Virus record (IMG/VR): IMGVR_UViG_3300010391_000273
Span: 34,576-98,575 of that record
Length of the DNA stretch: 64,000 bases
From: a virus
Direction: 5' to 3' (one strand)
Shown in pieces: positions 40,253 through 50,163 of this stretch. How positions within the stretch are numbered: position 1 is the stretch's first letter; every line of letters begins with the position of its first letter. Below the pieces are notes generated by a model. That model was not told where the DNA came from, ran no database searches, and worked only from the letters and a program-made list of their open reading frames with translations. Position numbers and translations under genes: made by a program.

Positions 40253-40597
40253 ATGATCAAACCTAACGACCCTAAGCAACTTGCCTTGGATATTATGCTA
40301 AGGTCAATCTGCTCAGTCCAAGTAGGGGCTGCTATAGCTGACAATTCAGGTAGGATCCTATCCTGGGGCTGGAATGGGTGTGACAGTGGTTTTGGTATTC
40401 ACGCTGAGTGCCACGCCATTAGACGATCGAATCGGGCTAGACTAAAAGGAACAACCATCTATGTCGCTTCGATTCGGGCTAGAAATGCAAAGCCTATCAA
40501 TTCTAGGCCCTGTCATGAGTGTCATGATTTGATCTCTAAGTGGAAAATGCACGCTTTCTTTAGGGCTCCAACCGGACTATGGCTTCAGGATTGCTAG
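40253..40597 (+). CDS. cytidine/dCMP deaminase family protein
   Basis: VGAAI, GWNG, HAE, PCHEC. Confidence 0.85.
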   Translation: MIKPNDPKQLALDIMLRSICSVQVGAAIADNSGRILSWGWNGCDSGFGIHAECHAIRRSNRARLKGTTIYVASIRARNAKPINSRPCHECHDLISKWKMHAFFRAPTGLWLQDC

Positions 40598-40721
40598 AGG
40601 AAATTATGCTATCATTTAAACAAGCACAGCTTCTTTTAATTGGATCTTTGTGCTTCCTTATCGGGAACGTTGTTATATGGTTTCTTTATGGGGCTTGGCT
40701 TTGGTGGATTGGGGCCTTATA

Positions 40722-41291
40722 ATGGTTCAACTTTGGTTTGCAAGCGATCACCATTTTGATCATCGAAACATGGTCGAGAAATTCAAGCTTGATGATGGGT
40801 CCCCTTCAAGACCCTTTGCTAGTGTAGAAGAGATGAATGAGATCATGATAGAGCGGCACAACAAGGTTGTAAAATCAAATCATCATGTGTACTTTCTTGG
40901 TGATCTGACCATGCATAGGCAAATAGGTCAGATTAAGTATCGTATTCTTGATCGTCTCCAAGGACACAAAAGGCTCCTTCTTGGGAATCACGACGGCGAT
41001 AAGATAGAAAACTACCTGAAGTATTTTGAAAAGATCTTTGCTAGTCGTGTCATAGACAACATGCTATTTACACACATCCCAGTCCATCCTGAGAGTCTTG
41101 GACGCTTCAAAGCGAACATTCACGGGCATTCCCATCACAATAGTTATAAGCCCATTATGAAGATCGACCAGAAGGGCTACGGCCCACACGAGCGTAAGGT
41201 ACCTTATATCAACATATCAGTAGAAAAAATTGATTATAGGCCGGTTTCTCTAGAAGAAATCCAGTCTATGGTAGAGAAACAATCTAGGTAA
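40722..41291 (+). CDS. calcineurin-like metallophosphoesterase
   Basis: SDHHFDH, LGD, GNHD, THIP, HGHSH. Confidence 0.9.
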   Translation: MVQLWFASDHHFDHRNMVEKFKLDDGSPSRPFASVEEMNEIMIERHNKVVKSNHHVYFLGDLTMHRQIGQIKYRILDRLQGHKRLLLGNHDGDKIENYLKYFEKIFASRVIDNMLFTHIPVHPESLGRFKANIHGHSHHNSYKPIMKIDQKGYGPHERKVPYINISVEKIDYRPVSLEEIQSMVEKQSR

Positions 41292-41303
41292 GGATGGTTA
41301 AAA

Positions 41304-41501
41304 ATGAAGGCTGTCATTCAATTTGCAAGTAAGCTAGATCAAGCAATTATTCCAATCTCTTCCTATGTGCTCGAAAAACTAGGCTGGGCCATCGGCGACG
41401 AAGTTGAACTCGACATACCCATGTTAGGTGGGGGTTTAAGGATTTATAAAGACAGAGAACCCTATGGAGAACAACAACGGGCAGGAGACGAGGTCGTTTA
41501 A
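41304..41501 (+). CDS. AbrB/MazE-like DNA-binding protein
   Basis: IIPI...LEKLGWAIGDEVEL. Confidence 0.65.
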   Translation: MKAVIQFASKLDQAIIPISSYVLEKLGWAIGDEVELDIPMLGGGLRIYKDREPYGEQQRAGDEVV

Positions 41502-41866
41502 CATGGATGATCATATTCATTATTGTAGATACTGTCAACAACAATGTGATTACCAGAGTATTGTGATAGTTGTTACAAGTGCTATTATCGAGTTTGGGTA
41601 ACAAATAGGTGAAGAGGAATAAAAATGAGAATACGTTTAACTCAAACTAAAGCTATATATGATGTTAATGACAAAAAACTATATATAATTGAGACAAAAG
41701 GTGGGTTTTTCAGTTCATGGGTTCGTTTTAAGGATATCTATGCCACATGCTTTAAAGAAGCTGAAAGAATGGCTCGACTAGAAATAAAACGTAATAATCG
41801 TAAAGTCATTACCCAAGAACTCCTACCTATTTTAGACGACGGAAAGTTTGCTCTGAGGTAATCCCT

Positions 41867-42073
41867 ATGAAAACATTCAAGCTAGTTCGTAAGGAAGATA
41901 TAAGTGGAGTCTCAGGTTGTGGTGATATTGCTGAAGGAGTCCAATGGGATGATGGTCAGGTGACCATCTGTTGGCTTTCCAAGTATCATTCAATAGCTAT
42001 CTTCGACAATATCCTTTGTCTTGAGAAAATTCATGGTCATGAAGGTTCCACTGAGATTATATGGTTAAGTTAA
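41867..42073 (+). CDS. conserved small phage protein
   Basis: R.EDISGVSG.G.IAEGV.W.DG...IHGH.G.T pattern. Confidence 0.7.
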   Translation: MKTFKLVRKEDISGVSGCGDIAEGVQWDDGQVTICWLSKYHSIAIFDNILCLEKIHGHEGSTEIIWLS

Positions 42074-42193
42074 CCTACTGTCTAGGCCTACCGGGATAGA
42101 CCATAGAAAACCTAGAATTATGGATAACCTCTCAACCACCTGGACAACGAGTAGAAGATCTAGTAGAATGGGCTAAAGAAATATTGGAGAAGT

Positions 42194-43063
42194 ATGGCGA
42201 AATTGATTATGTGTATCGGTTTACAAGGTAGTGGGAAGTCATTCTGGGCTGCCCGGCAGGATGCCATTGTAGTCAACAAGGACTCGATTAGGGCCATCTT
42301 GGAGACCCAAGGGTGGGTATGGAGCCGAGAGGCCGAAAAGGACGTTATAGCCCAACGTGACAAGCTCATCATAGGAGCCCTTAAAGAGGGTAAGGATGTC
42401 ATAAGCTCGGATACTAACCTCGCCCCCAAACACCAAAATCGCCTTAAGCAGCTTGCCACCCAAAACCATGCCAAGTTTGAAATCAAGGATTTTAGGGGGG
42501 TTCCTATTGAGGTCTGTATCGAACGGGACAGCAAGCGAGAAGGTAAGGATCAAGTGGGCCGGGATGTGATCGTAAAAATGGCTGTACAATTCCTTAACTA
42601 TACTCCCCCGGTCCCTAAGTTTGCCCCTTACGTCCGTCAGGATGGCCTACCAGAAGCTATTATATGCGATCTTGATGGGACACTTTGTAACCATAATGGT
42701 CGTAGCCCCTTCGACTATGACAAGTGTGATACCGACACAATAAATCTTGCTGTAGACGCAGTTTTAGAAGGTATAAACTTACAAGGTGTAGAGATTATCT
42801 TTATGTCAGGCCGAGAAGCTACACCAATCTGTAAAGCCAAAACTGAGCAATGGTTAATGGACCATGGCTGGGGTAATAGAAAACTATTCATGCGAACTCA
42901 AGGAGATTATCGGAAAGATAATGTAATAAAGGGTCTTCTTTTCGACACTCATATTCGAGATAAGTTTAATATCCTATTCTGTCTTGACGATAGATCACAA
43001 GTTGTTAAGTTCTATCGTGAGTTAGGTTTAACAGTCCTACAAGTCGCTGAAGGCAACTTTTAG
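42194..43063 (+). CDS. pseT: polynucleotide 5'-kinase/3'-phosphatase (T4 PseT-like)
   Basis: GLQGSGKS, DTNL, HAD motif DLDGTL, SGR, DDRSQVV...QVAEGNF. Confidence 0.93.
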   Translation: MAKLIMCIGLQGSGKSFWAARQDAIVVNKDSIRAILETQGWVWSREAEKDVIAQRDKLIIGALKEGKDVISSDTNLAPKHQNRLKQLATQNHAKFEIKDFRGVPIEVCIERDSKREGKDQVGRDVIVKMAVQFLNYTPPVPKFAPYVRQDGLPEAIICDLDGTLCNHNGRSPFDYDKCDTDTINLAVDAVLEGINLQGVEIIFMSGREATPICKAKTEQWLMDHGWGNRKLFMRTQGDYRKDNVIKGLLFDTHIRDKFNILFCLDDRSQVVKFYRELGLTVLQVAEGNF

Positions 43064-43429
43064 CATGTCTAAAAAATCAGATGGTCTAAATGGAAAGTGC
43101 TGGTGGTGTAAGAAAATTCTAGCTCAACCGCGTCAGAATCCTGATGGTTACTGTTCAGAAATATGTAAAAAGAAAGAATGGGTTTATTTGAAACTTCAAT
43201 ATAAACCCTACAAGGCAACAGGAGCTTAAAATGTCTAAATATGACATATATTGTCGCTCATGTGGCATACCAATGCGTACAAAAGTAGGCAAATATGGAG
43301 AGTATTATCAGTGTCCTAGGTGTAAGTCAACTATGTCCATCCGGGACGCCGCCTTGGAAGATGATCGACCTAATACCTATGAATACGATTGGTCAGAAGA
43401 CCCAGGCTCACCATGGAATAAGGACTAAT

Positions 43430-43930
43430 GGATTATACAAGGGTTTATAGTCAAGCCCAGGCGAGCCTGCCTTGGGTTGAGAGCCTGACCCTTTATGCAA
43501 GTGCCTCGGACCCTTTAAAAATCACCCATCTCTGACGAGACAACACACGACCCTAAGGGAGTGTTTGTCTCTAAGGGCGAACGTTTGCATAATTTTTGCA
43601 TATACCCGGTGTTTTGGATGCATAAACGGCAAAAAACAGGGGTTAAGTCCTTTAGAATCAGGTATATGCATTGCATAAAAATCGCCAAAAAATAAGGCAT
43701 TTAGAATCAACGACTTACGGGACATGCATAAATATGCCTCGCTCACTTACGGACCCACGGGATCTATGAAACTTATAACTTTGAGCGTTCAAACTCTTTT
43801 AACCTAGTATGAGCAGCATCGTAAGCCACTAGAAAACTTGACAATCACATTAAACCTTGCTAACTTGAATAAATCCAGAAAATACAACCCAAATTAACCC
43901 AAATACAATCCCAAGAAGAGAGGTATAATA
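43430..43930. other. putative replication origin / control region
   Basis: About 500 bp gene-free gap upstream of the helicase, with repeated (A/T)TGCATA units, inverted repeats and an AT-rich 3' end. Confidence 0.4.
43838..43866 (+). promoter_or_regulatory. sigma70-type promoter of the replication genes
   Basis: TTGACA-17 nt (ending TGC)-TAACTT. Confidence 0.5.
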
Positions 43931-43966
43931 TTTTACTATCCACCCTAAGATTGAAAGGGTCCCTAA

Positions 43967-44968
43967 TTGTCCGACAAACGGTTCCTTACATTGACTGACT
44001 TAACGAACATGCCACAACCTAGCTGGCTAATTAAAGACCTTTACGAGCGATCAAGTCTTGTCATGCTAGCTGGACCTAGCTATAGTTTTAAGTCATTCCT
44101 CCTGCTTGATTGGCTTTTATGTATGGCCTCCGGGCGGGATTGGTGTGGTAAAAAGACAGCTGAGTGTAAAGTGGGTTATGGCCTAGGTGAGGGTAAATCA
44201 AGCCTACTAAAAAGGGTTCAAGCATGGATCACCCACAACGAACCAACCCCAGAAGAGCTAATTAAGCTTGATCTTAACTTTCGGACGACCTTTGAGGTTC
44301 CACAGCTCGCCTCTAAAGCAAGTGTTGACAATATGTTAGCCGACTTAGAAAAAGAAAACTTCCATCCTGATGTAATTGCCATAGATACCTTCGCTAGGAG
44401 CATGGTAGGCCTAGATGAGAACGATGCAAAAGATACGGGTCTATGGATAGAGAGCGCAGACAGACTCAGGCAACTTGGTTTTGGGGTTATCTTTTTACAC
44501 CATACAAAGAAAAACATATTAGAAGGCCAAAGTGGAGTCGTCTATAGAGGATCCTCAGCCATCATGGGTGCCATGGACACAGCAATGACCCTACAGCGCA
44601 CCGGAGGATCCTGTACTCTCACAATCACCAAGCAAAAGGATCATGATGAGGGGGCTCCAATGACCTTCAATCGTCTTATTATGTTTGCAGGCACTCCTAA
44701 TCAATCATGTGTCTTGATTCCAAAGCTCGTTTTAGACTCCAGATATAGTGAGGACAATGGAATAGATGATCCCCAACCATTTGAGCTAGTTGAAGATGTA
44801 CTCCCACAACTCCTAGGTAACGACTCTTACAAGTCAGACCGAGCAAGGGCTGATGCCCTCTCTAATAGGACTGGCATCAGTTGGAGTGCGGCCCAAAGCC
44901 GAGTAAGTAGAGCCAGCTCACGCCAAGTTGATATTGTAACCACCTTACATAAGGACAAATTAATATGA
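43967..44968 (+). CDS. RepA/AAA_25 family (SF4-like) helicase
   Basis: GPSYSFKS, GEG, IAIDTFAR, DEND, HHTKK, RGSSA, KQKD. Confidence 0.9.
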   Translation: MSDKRFLTLTDLTNMPQPSWLIKDLYERSSLVMLAGPSYSFKSFLLLDWLLCMASGRDWCGKKTAECKVGYGLGEGKSSLLKRVQAWITHNEPTPEELIKLDLNFRTTFEVPQLASKASVDNMLADLEKENFHPDVIAIDTFARSMVGLDENDAKDTGLWIESADRLRQLGFGVIFLHHTKKNILEGQSGVVYRGSSAIMGAMDTAMTLQRTGGSCTLTITKQKDHDEGAPMTFNRLIMFAGTPNQSCVLIPKLVLDSRYSEDNGIDDPQPFELVEDVLPQLLGNDSYKSDRARADALSNRTGISWSAAQSRVSRASSRQVDIVTTLHKDKLI

Positions 44969-45573
44969 AGGCAATCTATGGTAAGAAACTTTATGCCATC
45001 AATAGAATGTTTAAAAATGGTGTAGAGCTTAAAAATCTTGATATTCCAACCCATCATGAGATTCTATTTATAAGCTTAAAAGACCCAGAACTCAATCTAA
45101 AACCTACAGAACTCGAACTACAGGAGCTAAGCGAGTGACAACACATGAACTAGCAAAGGCACTATTAGAAGGACCAAATCTCCCATGTACCCGGCGTGGA
45201 TATGAAGGTGGGGTTGAGGTTATTAGCCATATTGGGACTCCAACCCCAATTCACTTCAATGTCCATACAGAATGGTATTATGGTTCACATGAATACCATA
45301 AAAATGAGGAATGCTATCATGAGGATGAACTTGATGGAACCCATCTGGCCCCAACTGAACTCGCTATACACATACGTTAAAGTTAACATCATACGTGATT
45401 AAAATGGAGTCTAAAAATGGCTGGAGATTATGGTAGATATAAAAATGAAGTAGAAGCCCGAGAAGGAGAAGCCCGATTTGATCCACGACTAGCTGCTGAG
45501 GTAGCTAAAGCCTTAGCCTTAGAAGCTATTGGAAGAAGTTTAGAAAAACTCATCAAGTTAATGGAGACTAAAG

Positions 45574-45855
45574 ATGGCACAAGCAAGTAAAGCAGTCAGG
45601 AGACTTAGGCGAGCCAAGAGAGAGGCTAATCAAGCCTACAAAGGCCTAGATATAGCCCTCAAGCAACGTGATCAGGCAAGGATGATCGCTGGAGCTTTAG
45701 AACAGGAACTCAAGAAGTATACCTCAGACCCCTTCCCTGAGGGCGAAGACAAGACTGAAATAAAGCCAGCTCTAAATAAAGTTACCATGATTAAACTCCC
45801 AAATGAAGAACTGATACAAGATATGATAAATGAGGGTAGCCCAACTCATGAGTGA
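45574..45855 (+). CDS. hypothetical coiled-coil protein
   Basis: GGAG SD. Confidence 0.55.
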   Translation: MAQASKAVRRLRRAKREANQAYKGLDIALKQRDQARMIAGALEQELKKYTSDPFPEGEDKTEIKPALNKVTMIKLPNEELIQDMINEGSPTHE

Positions 45856-46348
45856 GACCTTACCCATCAAAATAACAGATACATTAGAAGCGAGATTCTG
45901 GAAGAAAGTAGACAAGAAGGAGAAGAATAGTTGTTGGCTTTGGTTAGGTGCCCGACTTCCAAGTGGTTATGGCCGCTTATTTCTATTTAAAAAGAATGGT
46001 ATCCCTTATTCAAGAGGTGCTCACAGAATAGCCTACACTCTTTTAGTTGGTGACATTCCAAACGGACTTTTAGTTTGTCATAAATGTGATAACCCTCCAT
46101 GTTGTAATCCAGATCACCTATTTCTTGGAACATATAAAACTAACGGCCAAGATATGGTACTTAAAAAGAGAAATTTTACCCCAGCTTGCAAAGGTGAGGC
46201 AAATGGTAAGTCCAAGTTAACAAATCAATTAATCCAAAAAATTAGATTTTCAAAACTACCTAGTAGACAATTAGCTAAAGAACTTGGTATTTGTAAGTCC
46301 TCTATTAATTATGTGAGATCAAAGGTATTATGGAAACACATCCCTTAA
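45848..46348 (+). CDS. HNH homing endonuclease
   Basis: RFWKKV, CWLW.G, GYG, AHR.AY, VCHKCDNPPCCNPDHL.LGT...N..DM, C-terminal HTH. Confidence 0.92.
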   Translation: MSETLPIKITDTLEARFWKKVDKKEKNSCWLWLGARLPSGYGRLFLFKKNGIPYSRGAHRIAYTLLVGDIPNGLLVCHKCDNPPCCNPDHLFLGTYKTNGQDMVLKKRNFTPACKGEANGKSKLTNQLIQKIRFSKLPSRQLAKELGICKSSINYVRSKVLWKHIP

Positions 46349-48300
46349 GATTTGTTACTTTATCCCGTACGCAGACAGATTGGACCTGTCAGCGAAAACG
46401 CTACTGGGCTTATGAATATTCCGGAAGAGGTTTAACAAAAGCAAGTACTAGTCAAGCTTTATTTGTTGGCAGTTCCTTACATGATTGTTTAGCTGTTATT
46501 GGTTCACGATACATGAATAGTATTCCAATAAATATTGATGAGATTGCAGAGACTGCCTTTAAGCAAGTATTCAAGTCAATTTTGGAAGCCACTCCAAACC
46601 CTGAGTTACCAGAATCAATAAATTATGCTAACGAACAAGGTACATTAGTAGAAGGTATAATACGTGGTTTTGAAAAGCATGTGTGGCCCAAACTCCTAGC
46701 TAAATACCCCACGATCGTAGGGGTTGAACAAGAAGCCACCTATTCTATGTCAGATGAGGTTAAGTTCATAGCTAGACCCGATCTGATCATGGTCGATCCT
46801 GAGGGGGGTTGGCATTATATTGAGTTTAAGTCAACGAGCTCCAAAAAGGAAGAGTGGATCAACTCATGGAACACAGCTGTTCAACTCCATTCGAGTGTGA
46901 AGGCCGTCGAACAAACTTTTGGAATCATGCCTGAGGATATCACGATTGTGGGTATGTATAAAAGCTACGTGAGCTATGGCCGGCAAAATAGCCCATTTTG
47001 CTTGAGCCCTAATACTAAAGTTCTTACAAAAGACATGAGATGGGTACCAATTAGCAGCTTAAGTAAGGGTGACAAAATAGCCGGTTTTGATGAATTCCCA
47101 GAGAGCAGGTTTAATAAGAAGCCTAATAGATATTGGAGAAATGCCGAGGTTTTAAATATTGAAAAGATAAACCTCCCATCTTTAAAACTCACATTTAGTG
47201 ATGGAACAACTGTAACTTGTTCAAAAGATCACATGTGGCTTACGGCTCAGTATAGAACAGGGCCAGCTGCTAAATCCACTACTTGGACACGGGCTGAGCA
47301 CATGCGGCCACAAAGTATTTACCCGACAACTGCAAGTAGAGTTTTAAAACTTCTTCCATTATGGGAACCAGGAATAACTTTCAATGACGGTTATTTACGT
47401 GGTGCTTATGAAAGTGAGGGCTCTTTAGTCCATATAAACTCTAAAAGGGATATACCTTACGTAGCCATTAGTTTCTCACAAAAACCAGGGAAAATGTTAA
47501 CTAGAGTAAAGGATCTTACCAAGGAATTAGGAATAAAAGTTCATGGACCATATGATCCATCACATACCCACTCAGCAGGGACCCTTCTCATAAATAATCG
47601 AGCAGATGTACTTCATTTTCTAGGCAGAGTCCGACCAGAAAGATTTCTTGAAAAACTAGATCTAGATAAAATAGGAACTTTAAGATCTCAATTTGATCCG
47701 GTCATTCTACTTTCAGTCGAAGATATAGGAAATAAAGATCTCATAATGTTAGAATCATCTACAAAAACACTGATTGCTGAAGGTCTAGCTTCTCATAATT
47801 GCTATGCTTATAAAAAGGCTGGTAATCCACCCTTCACCCAGGACCTCATCCAATATGAATATAAAGCTGGTTATAAGAAGTGTCCTGTGTGGGAGATGGA
47901 AGGTGGATGTAAAGCTTGGATAGACTCTATGCCCGAAGCCATCCTTGCTAACCAGTTTCCCATGACTGCCCCAATCTTCATAAATGAAGACATGATCGAA
48001 GGGTTCTTTAGGCAAAGACTTATGAGAGAGCAATCGATCGCAGAAGCCCTCCAAGTTGCTGACGGGGAGGAACCATGTTCAGACATTATGGATGAAATCT
48101 TTCCACAGAAGTTTGAAGCGTGTAGCCCTGCATATGGGTATGGATGTGAGTTCAAAAAATTATGTTTTGGATTTGTTCAAGACCCCACGACTGAAGGCTT
48201 TACTCTTAGAGTTCCCCATTTAGATGCTGAACGAGCCCAGATGGGTCTAGATAAAGAGCCCATTGTAGAACCGACATTAGACCCAATTGAGGAGGTCTAA
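46330..48300 (+). CDS. PD-(D/E)XK Cas4-like exonuclease, intein-containing
   Basis: C.RKRYW.YE, GSSLH, VEQE, RPDL, IEFKS, QLH, C-terminal C...C...C. Confidence 0.85.
   Translation: METHPLRFVTLSRTQTDWTCQRKRYWAYEYSGRGLTKASTSQALFVGSSLHDCLAVIGSRYMNSIPINIDEIAETAFKQVFKSILEATPNPELPESINYANEQGTLVEGIIRGFEKHVWPKLLAKYPTIVGVEQEATYSMSDEVKFIARPDLIMVDPEGGWHYIEFKSTSSKKEEWINSWNTAVQLHSSVKAVEQTFGIMPEDITIVGMYKSYVSYGRQNSPFCLSPNTKVLTKDMRWVPISSLSKGDKIAGFDEFPESRFNKKPNRYWRNAEVLNIEKINLPSLKLTFSDGTTVTCSKDHMWLTAQYRTGPAAKSTTWTRAEHMRPQSIYPTTASRVLKLLPLWEPGITFNDGYLRGAYESEGSLVHINSKRDIPYVAISFSQKPGKMLTRVKDLTKELGIKVHGPYDPSHTHSAGTLLINNRADVLHFLGRVRPERFLEKLDLDKIGTLRSQFDPVILLSVEDIGNKDLIMLESSTKTLIAEGLASHNCYAYKKAGNPPFTQDLIQYEYKAGYKKCPVWEMEGGCKAWIDSMPEAILANQFPMTAPIFINEDMIEGFFRQRLMREQSIAEALQVADGEEPCSDIMDEIFPQKFEACSPAYGYGCEFKKLCFGFVQDPTTEGFTLRVPHLDAERAQMGLDKEPIVEPTLDPIEEV
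46999..47799 (+). mobile_element. intein in the exonuclease (single LAGLIDADG-like motif)
   Basis: CLSPNTKVLT start, CSKDHMWL block B, GYLRGAYESEG, ends GLASHN|C. Confidence 0.9.
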
Positions 48301-48302
48301 CG

Positions 48303-48593
48303 ATGCCCCAACAAGTAAGACATACCCCATGCCCATCTAGGATTGGATCTAGTAGTCACTGTTTTTGTGGTGGGTTTATCTGTTGCTTCTGTTGTCTTCC
48401 AAGAGAAGAAAGCCAAATCGAACAACCCTCATCATCACGAGAAACCATAACTATTGGATCAACAGCATGGTATACCGCATTGAGGAGGTTTAACGATGCC
48501 CTTGTTAATTTGTCAGATAATGTAAGTAACACACCAACCAAGACCCCAATCTTTATCGAAGAAGATGATGGCTCAGACGAGATGAAAGATTAA
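48303..48593 (+). CDS. small Cys-cluster protein with C-terminal DDGSDEMKD
   Basis: GGAGG SD; shared C-terminal tag. Confidence 0.65.
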   Translation: MPQQVRHTPCPSRIGSSSHCFCGGFICCFCCLPREESQIEQPSSSRETITIGSTAWYTALRRFNDALVNLSDNVSNTPTKTPIFIEEDDGSDEMKD

Positions 48594-48594
48594 T

Positions 48595-48780
48595 ATGCCC
48601 CTCACTATAGCTGATATCGTGGCAGTCCCTTACCCACAAATTGTTAGAAATATGAGAGTACCTAGTCAACAAGTACTGAGAGTCTTTGAAAATCTTGGAC
48701 TCATCGAAAATGTAGGTCGGATTGAACAAAATTTCCCAGATGAATGGATAGACGATGGCTCAGATGAGATAAAGGACTAA
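48595..48780 (+). CDS. small protein with MPLTIADI N-terminus and C-terminal DDGSDEIKD
   Basis: Coupled to the upstream ORF; N-terminus resembles 52308..52784. Confidence 0.65.
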   Translation: MPLTIADIVAVPYPQIVRNMRVPSQQVLRVFENLGLIENVGRIEQNFPDEWIDDGSDEIKD

Positions 48781-48785
48781 CCTAT

Positions 48786-49076
48786 ATGAGTAATTACACC
48801 AAAGGTCGAGCCTTTGAATATGAGACTATGAAAACTTGGAAAGAGCAAGGTTACACTGTTGCTAGAAGTGCTGGGAGTCATAGCCCTGTAGATGTCTTTG
48901 CTTGGAAGCCAGATCGTAAGCCTGAGCTAATTCAATGTAAGCAAGTTAGCTCTCATGCTACGGCCTTAAGATTAATAACCAAGTTTAAGGCTGAAGTTCC
49001 ACCTTCAAGCAGCTTCCATCAAGTCTTGACAATCAAGACAAAAGGCAATAAACTTAGAATGAGTATAACATTATAA
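48786..49076 (+). CDS. Holliday junction resolvase (Hjc type)
   Basis: KGRAFEYE, RSAGSHSPVDV, LIQCK. Confidence 0.85.
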   Translation: MSNYTKGRAFEYETMKTWKEQGYTVARSAGSHSPVDVFAWKPDRKPELIQCKQVSSHATALRLITKFKAEVPPSSSFHQVLTIKTKGNKLRMSITL

Positions 49077-49405
49077 AGTTTAAATATTGGTACACTTGTA
49101 CAATTCATATGTGTCCAGTCTGTGGTTCGGAAAGTAAGTATAGAGAACGTGTCAAGACCAAACCTATAGACTACTGGATTTTCGAAGAAGCTTATGATCA
49201 CTGTTTAGAAAGAGATATAGGACTATGAAGCCGGACTTTATCATATGCCACGAGTCTCCAAGACTCACTCACTTCTGCCCAGTATGTCGATATTGGGTAA
49301 CGTTCGTGGTCTTTTGTGTGGTAATTGTTAGGTTGCTTTAGGTGTATTTAAAGATAGTAAAAAATTATTAATAACAGCACATGACTGCCCAGAAAGGCGA
49401 ACGTT

Positions 49406-50149
49406 TTGAAAATCTTTGCAATGAGTGATAACCATGGTAAGCTCGATTTCAGTGTCCCCTCATGTGACCTCCTCCTAATTGGGGGTGACGTATGTCCAGA
49501 TTGGGCTCCTGGAACTTCATGGGGCTCATCCATGCAAGAGCAGTGGCTAAACTCCAAGTGGCTCAACTGGCTCGACGCCCAACCAGCCGATCGTGTTATT
49601 GCCACTTTTGGGAACCATGACTTTGTAAGGAAACAGGAAGCTCCTGCTAACTTTAAAGTAGACGAACTAGTCGAGATTTCAACAGGAGAGCGTATCCCAT
49701 GTGGTTGTCCACCAAGTACAGATAACTGCAGATGTAAACTAAATACTAATGGACTTAAAATCTGGTTTAGCCCTTGGTCAAATACCTTTGGAGGGTGGGC
49801 ATGGATGGCAGATCCAGACACCCTAGGTGCGGCCTATAGCTTAATCCCTAACGATATTGATATCATCGTAAGTCACCAACCCCCTTATGGCTATGGTGAT
49901 CAGGTTCCTGAGAGGTACAGGTTTAGTCCAAGTGATATCGAAAATGATGGTCATGTAGGATCTAGAGAGCTTCTAGCTACGATCGAACGAGTTAAGCCTA
50001 AGGTTTTAATTTGTGGACATATCCACTCAGGATTTGGGCTGTATTATCACGTTAGACTAGATGGTGGAAAAACCAAGATCTATAATGTAAGCATCGTTGA
50101 TGAAGCCTATCATCGAGTTAACAATCCAACTGAAATTGTACTAGACTAG
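49406..50149 (+). CDS. metallophosphoesterase
   Basis: SDNHG, GGDVCP, GNHD, SHQPP, CGHIH. Confidence 0.9.
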   Translation: MKIFAMSDNHGKLDFSVPSCDLLLIGGDVCPDWAPGTSWGSSMQEQWLNSKWLNWLDAQPADRVIATFGNHDFVRKQEAPANFKVDELVEISTGERIPCGCPPSTDNCRCKLNTNGLKIWFSPWSNTFGGWAWMADPDTLGAAYSLIPNDIDIIVSHQPPYGYGDQVPERYRFSPSDIENDGHVGSRELLATIERVKPKVLICGHIHSGFGLYYHVRLDGGKTKIYNVSIVDEAYHRVNNPTEIVLD

Positions 50150-50163
50150 AAAGTCTATAATAA

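Noticed and set aside
45848-46348. Group I intron around the HNH gene
   Set aside because: No non-coding space for a P3-P9 core; the nuclease frame begins inside the HNH ORF.
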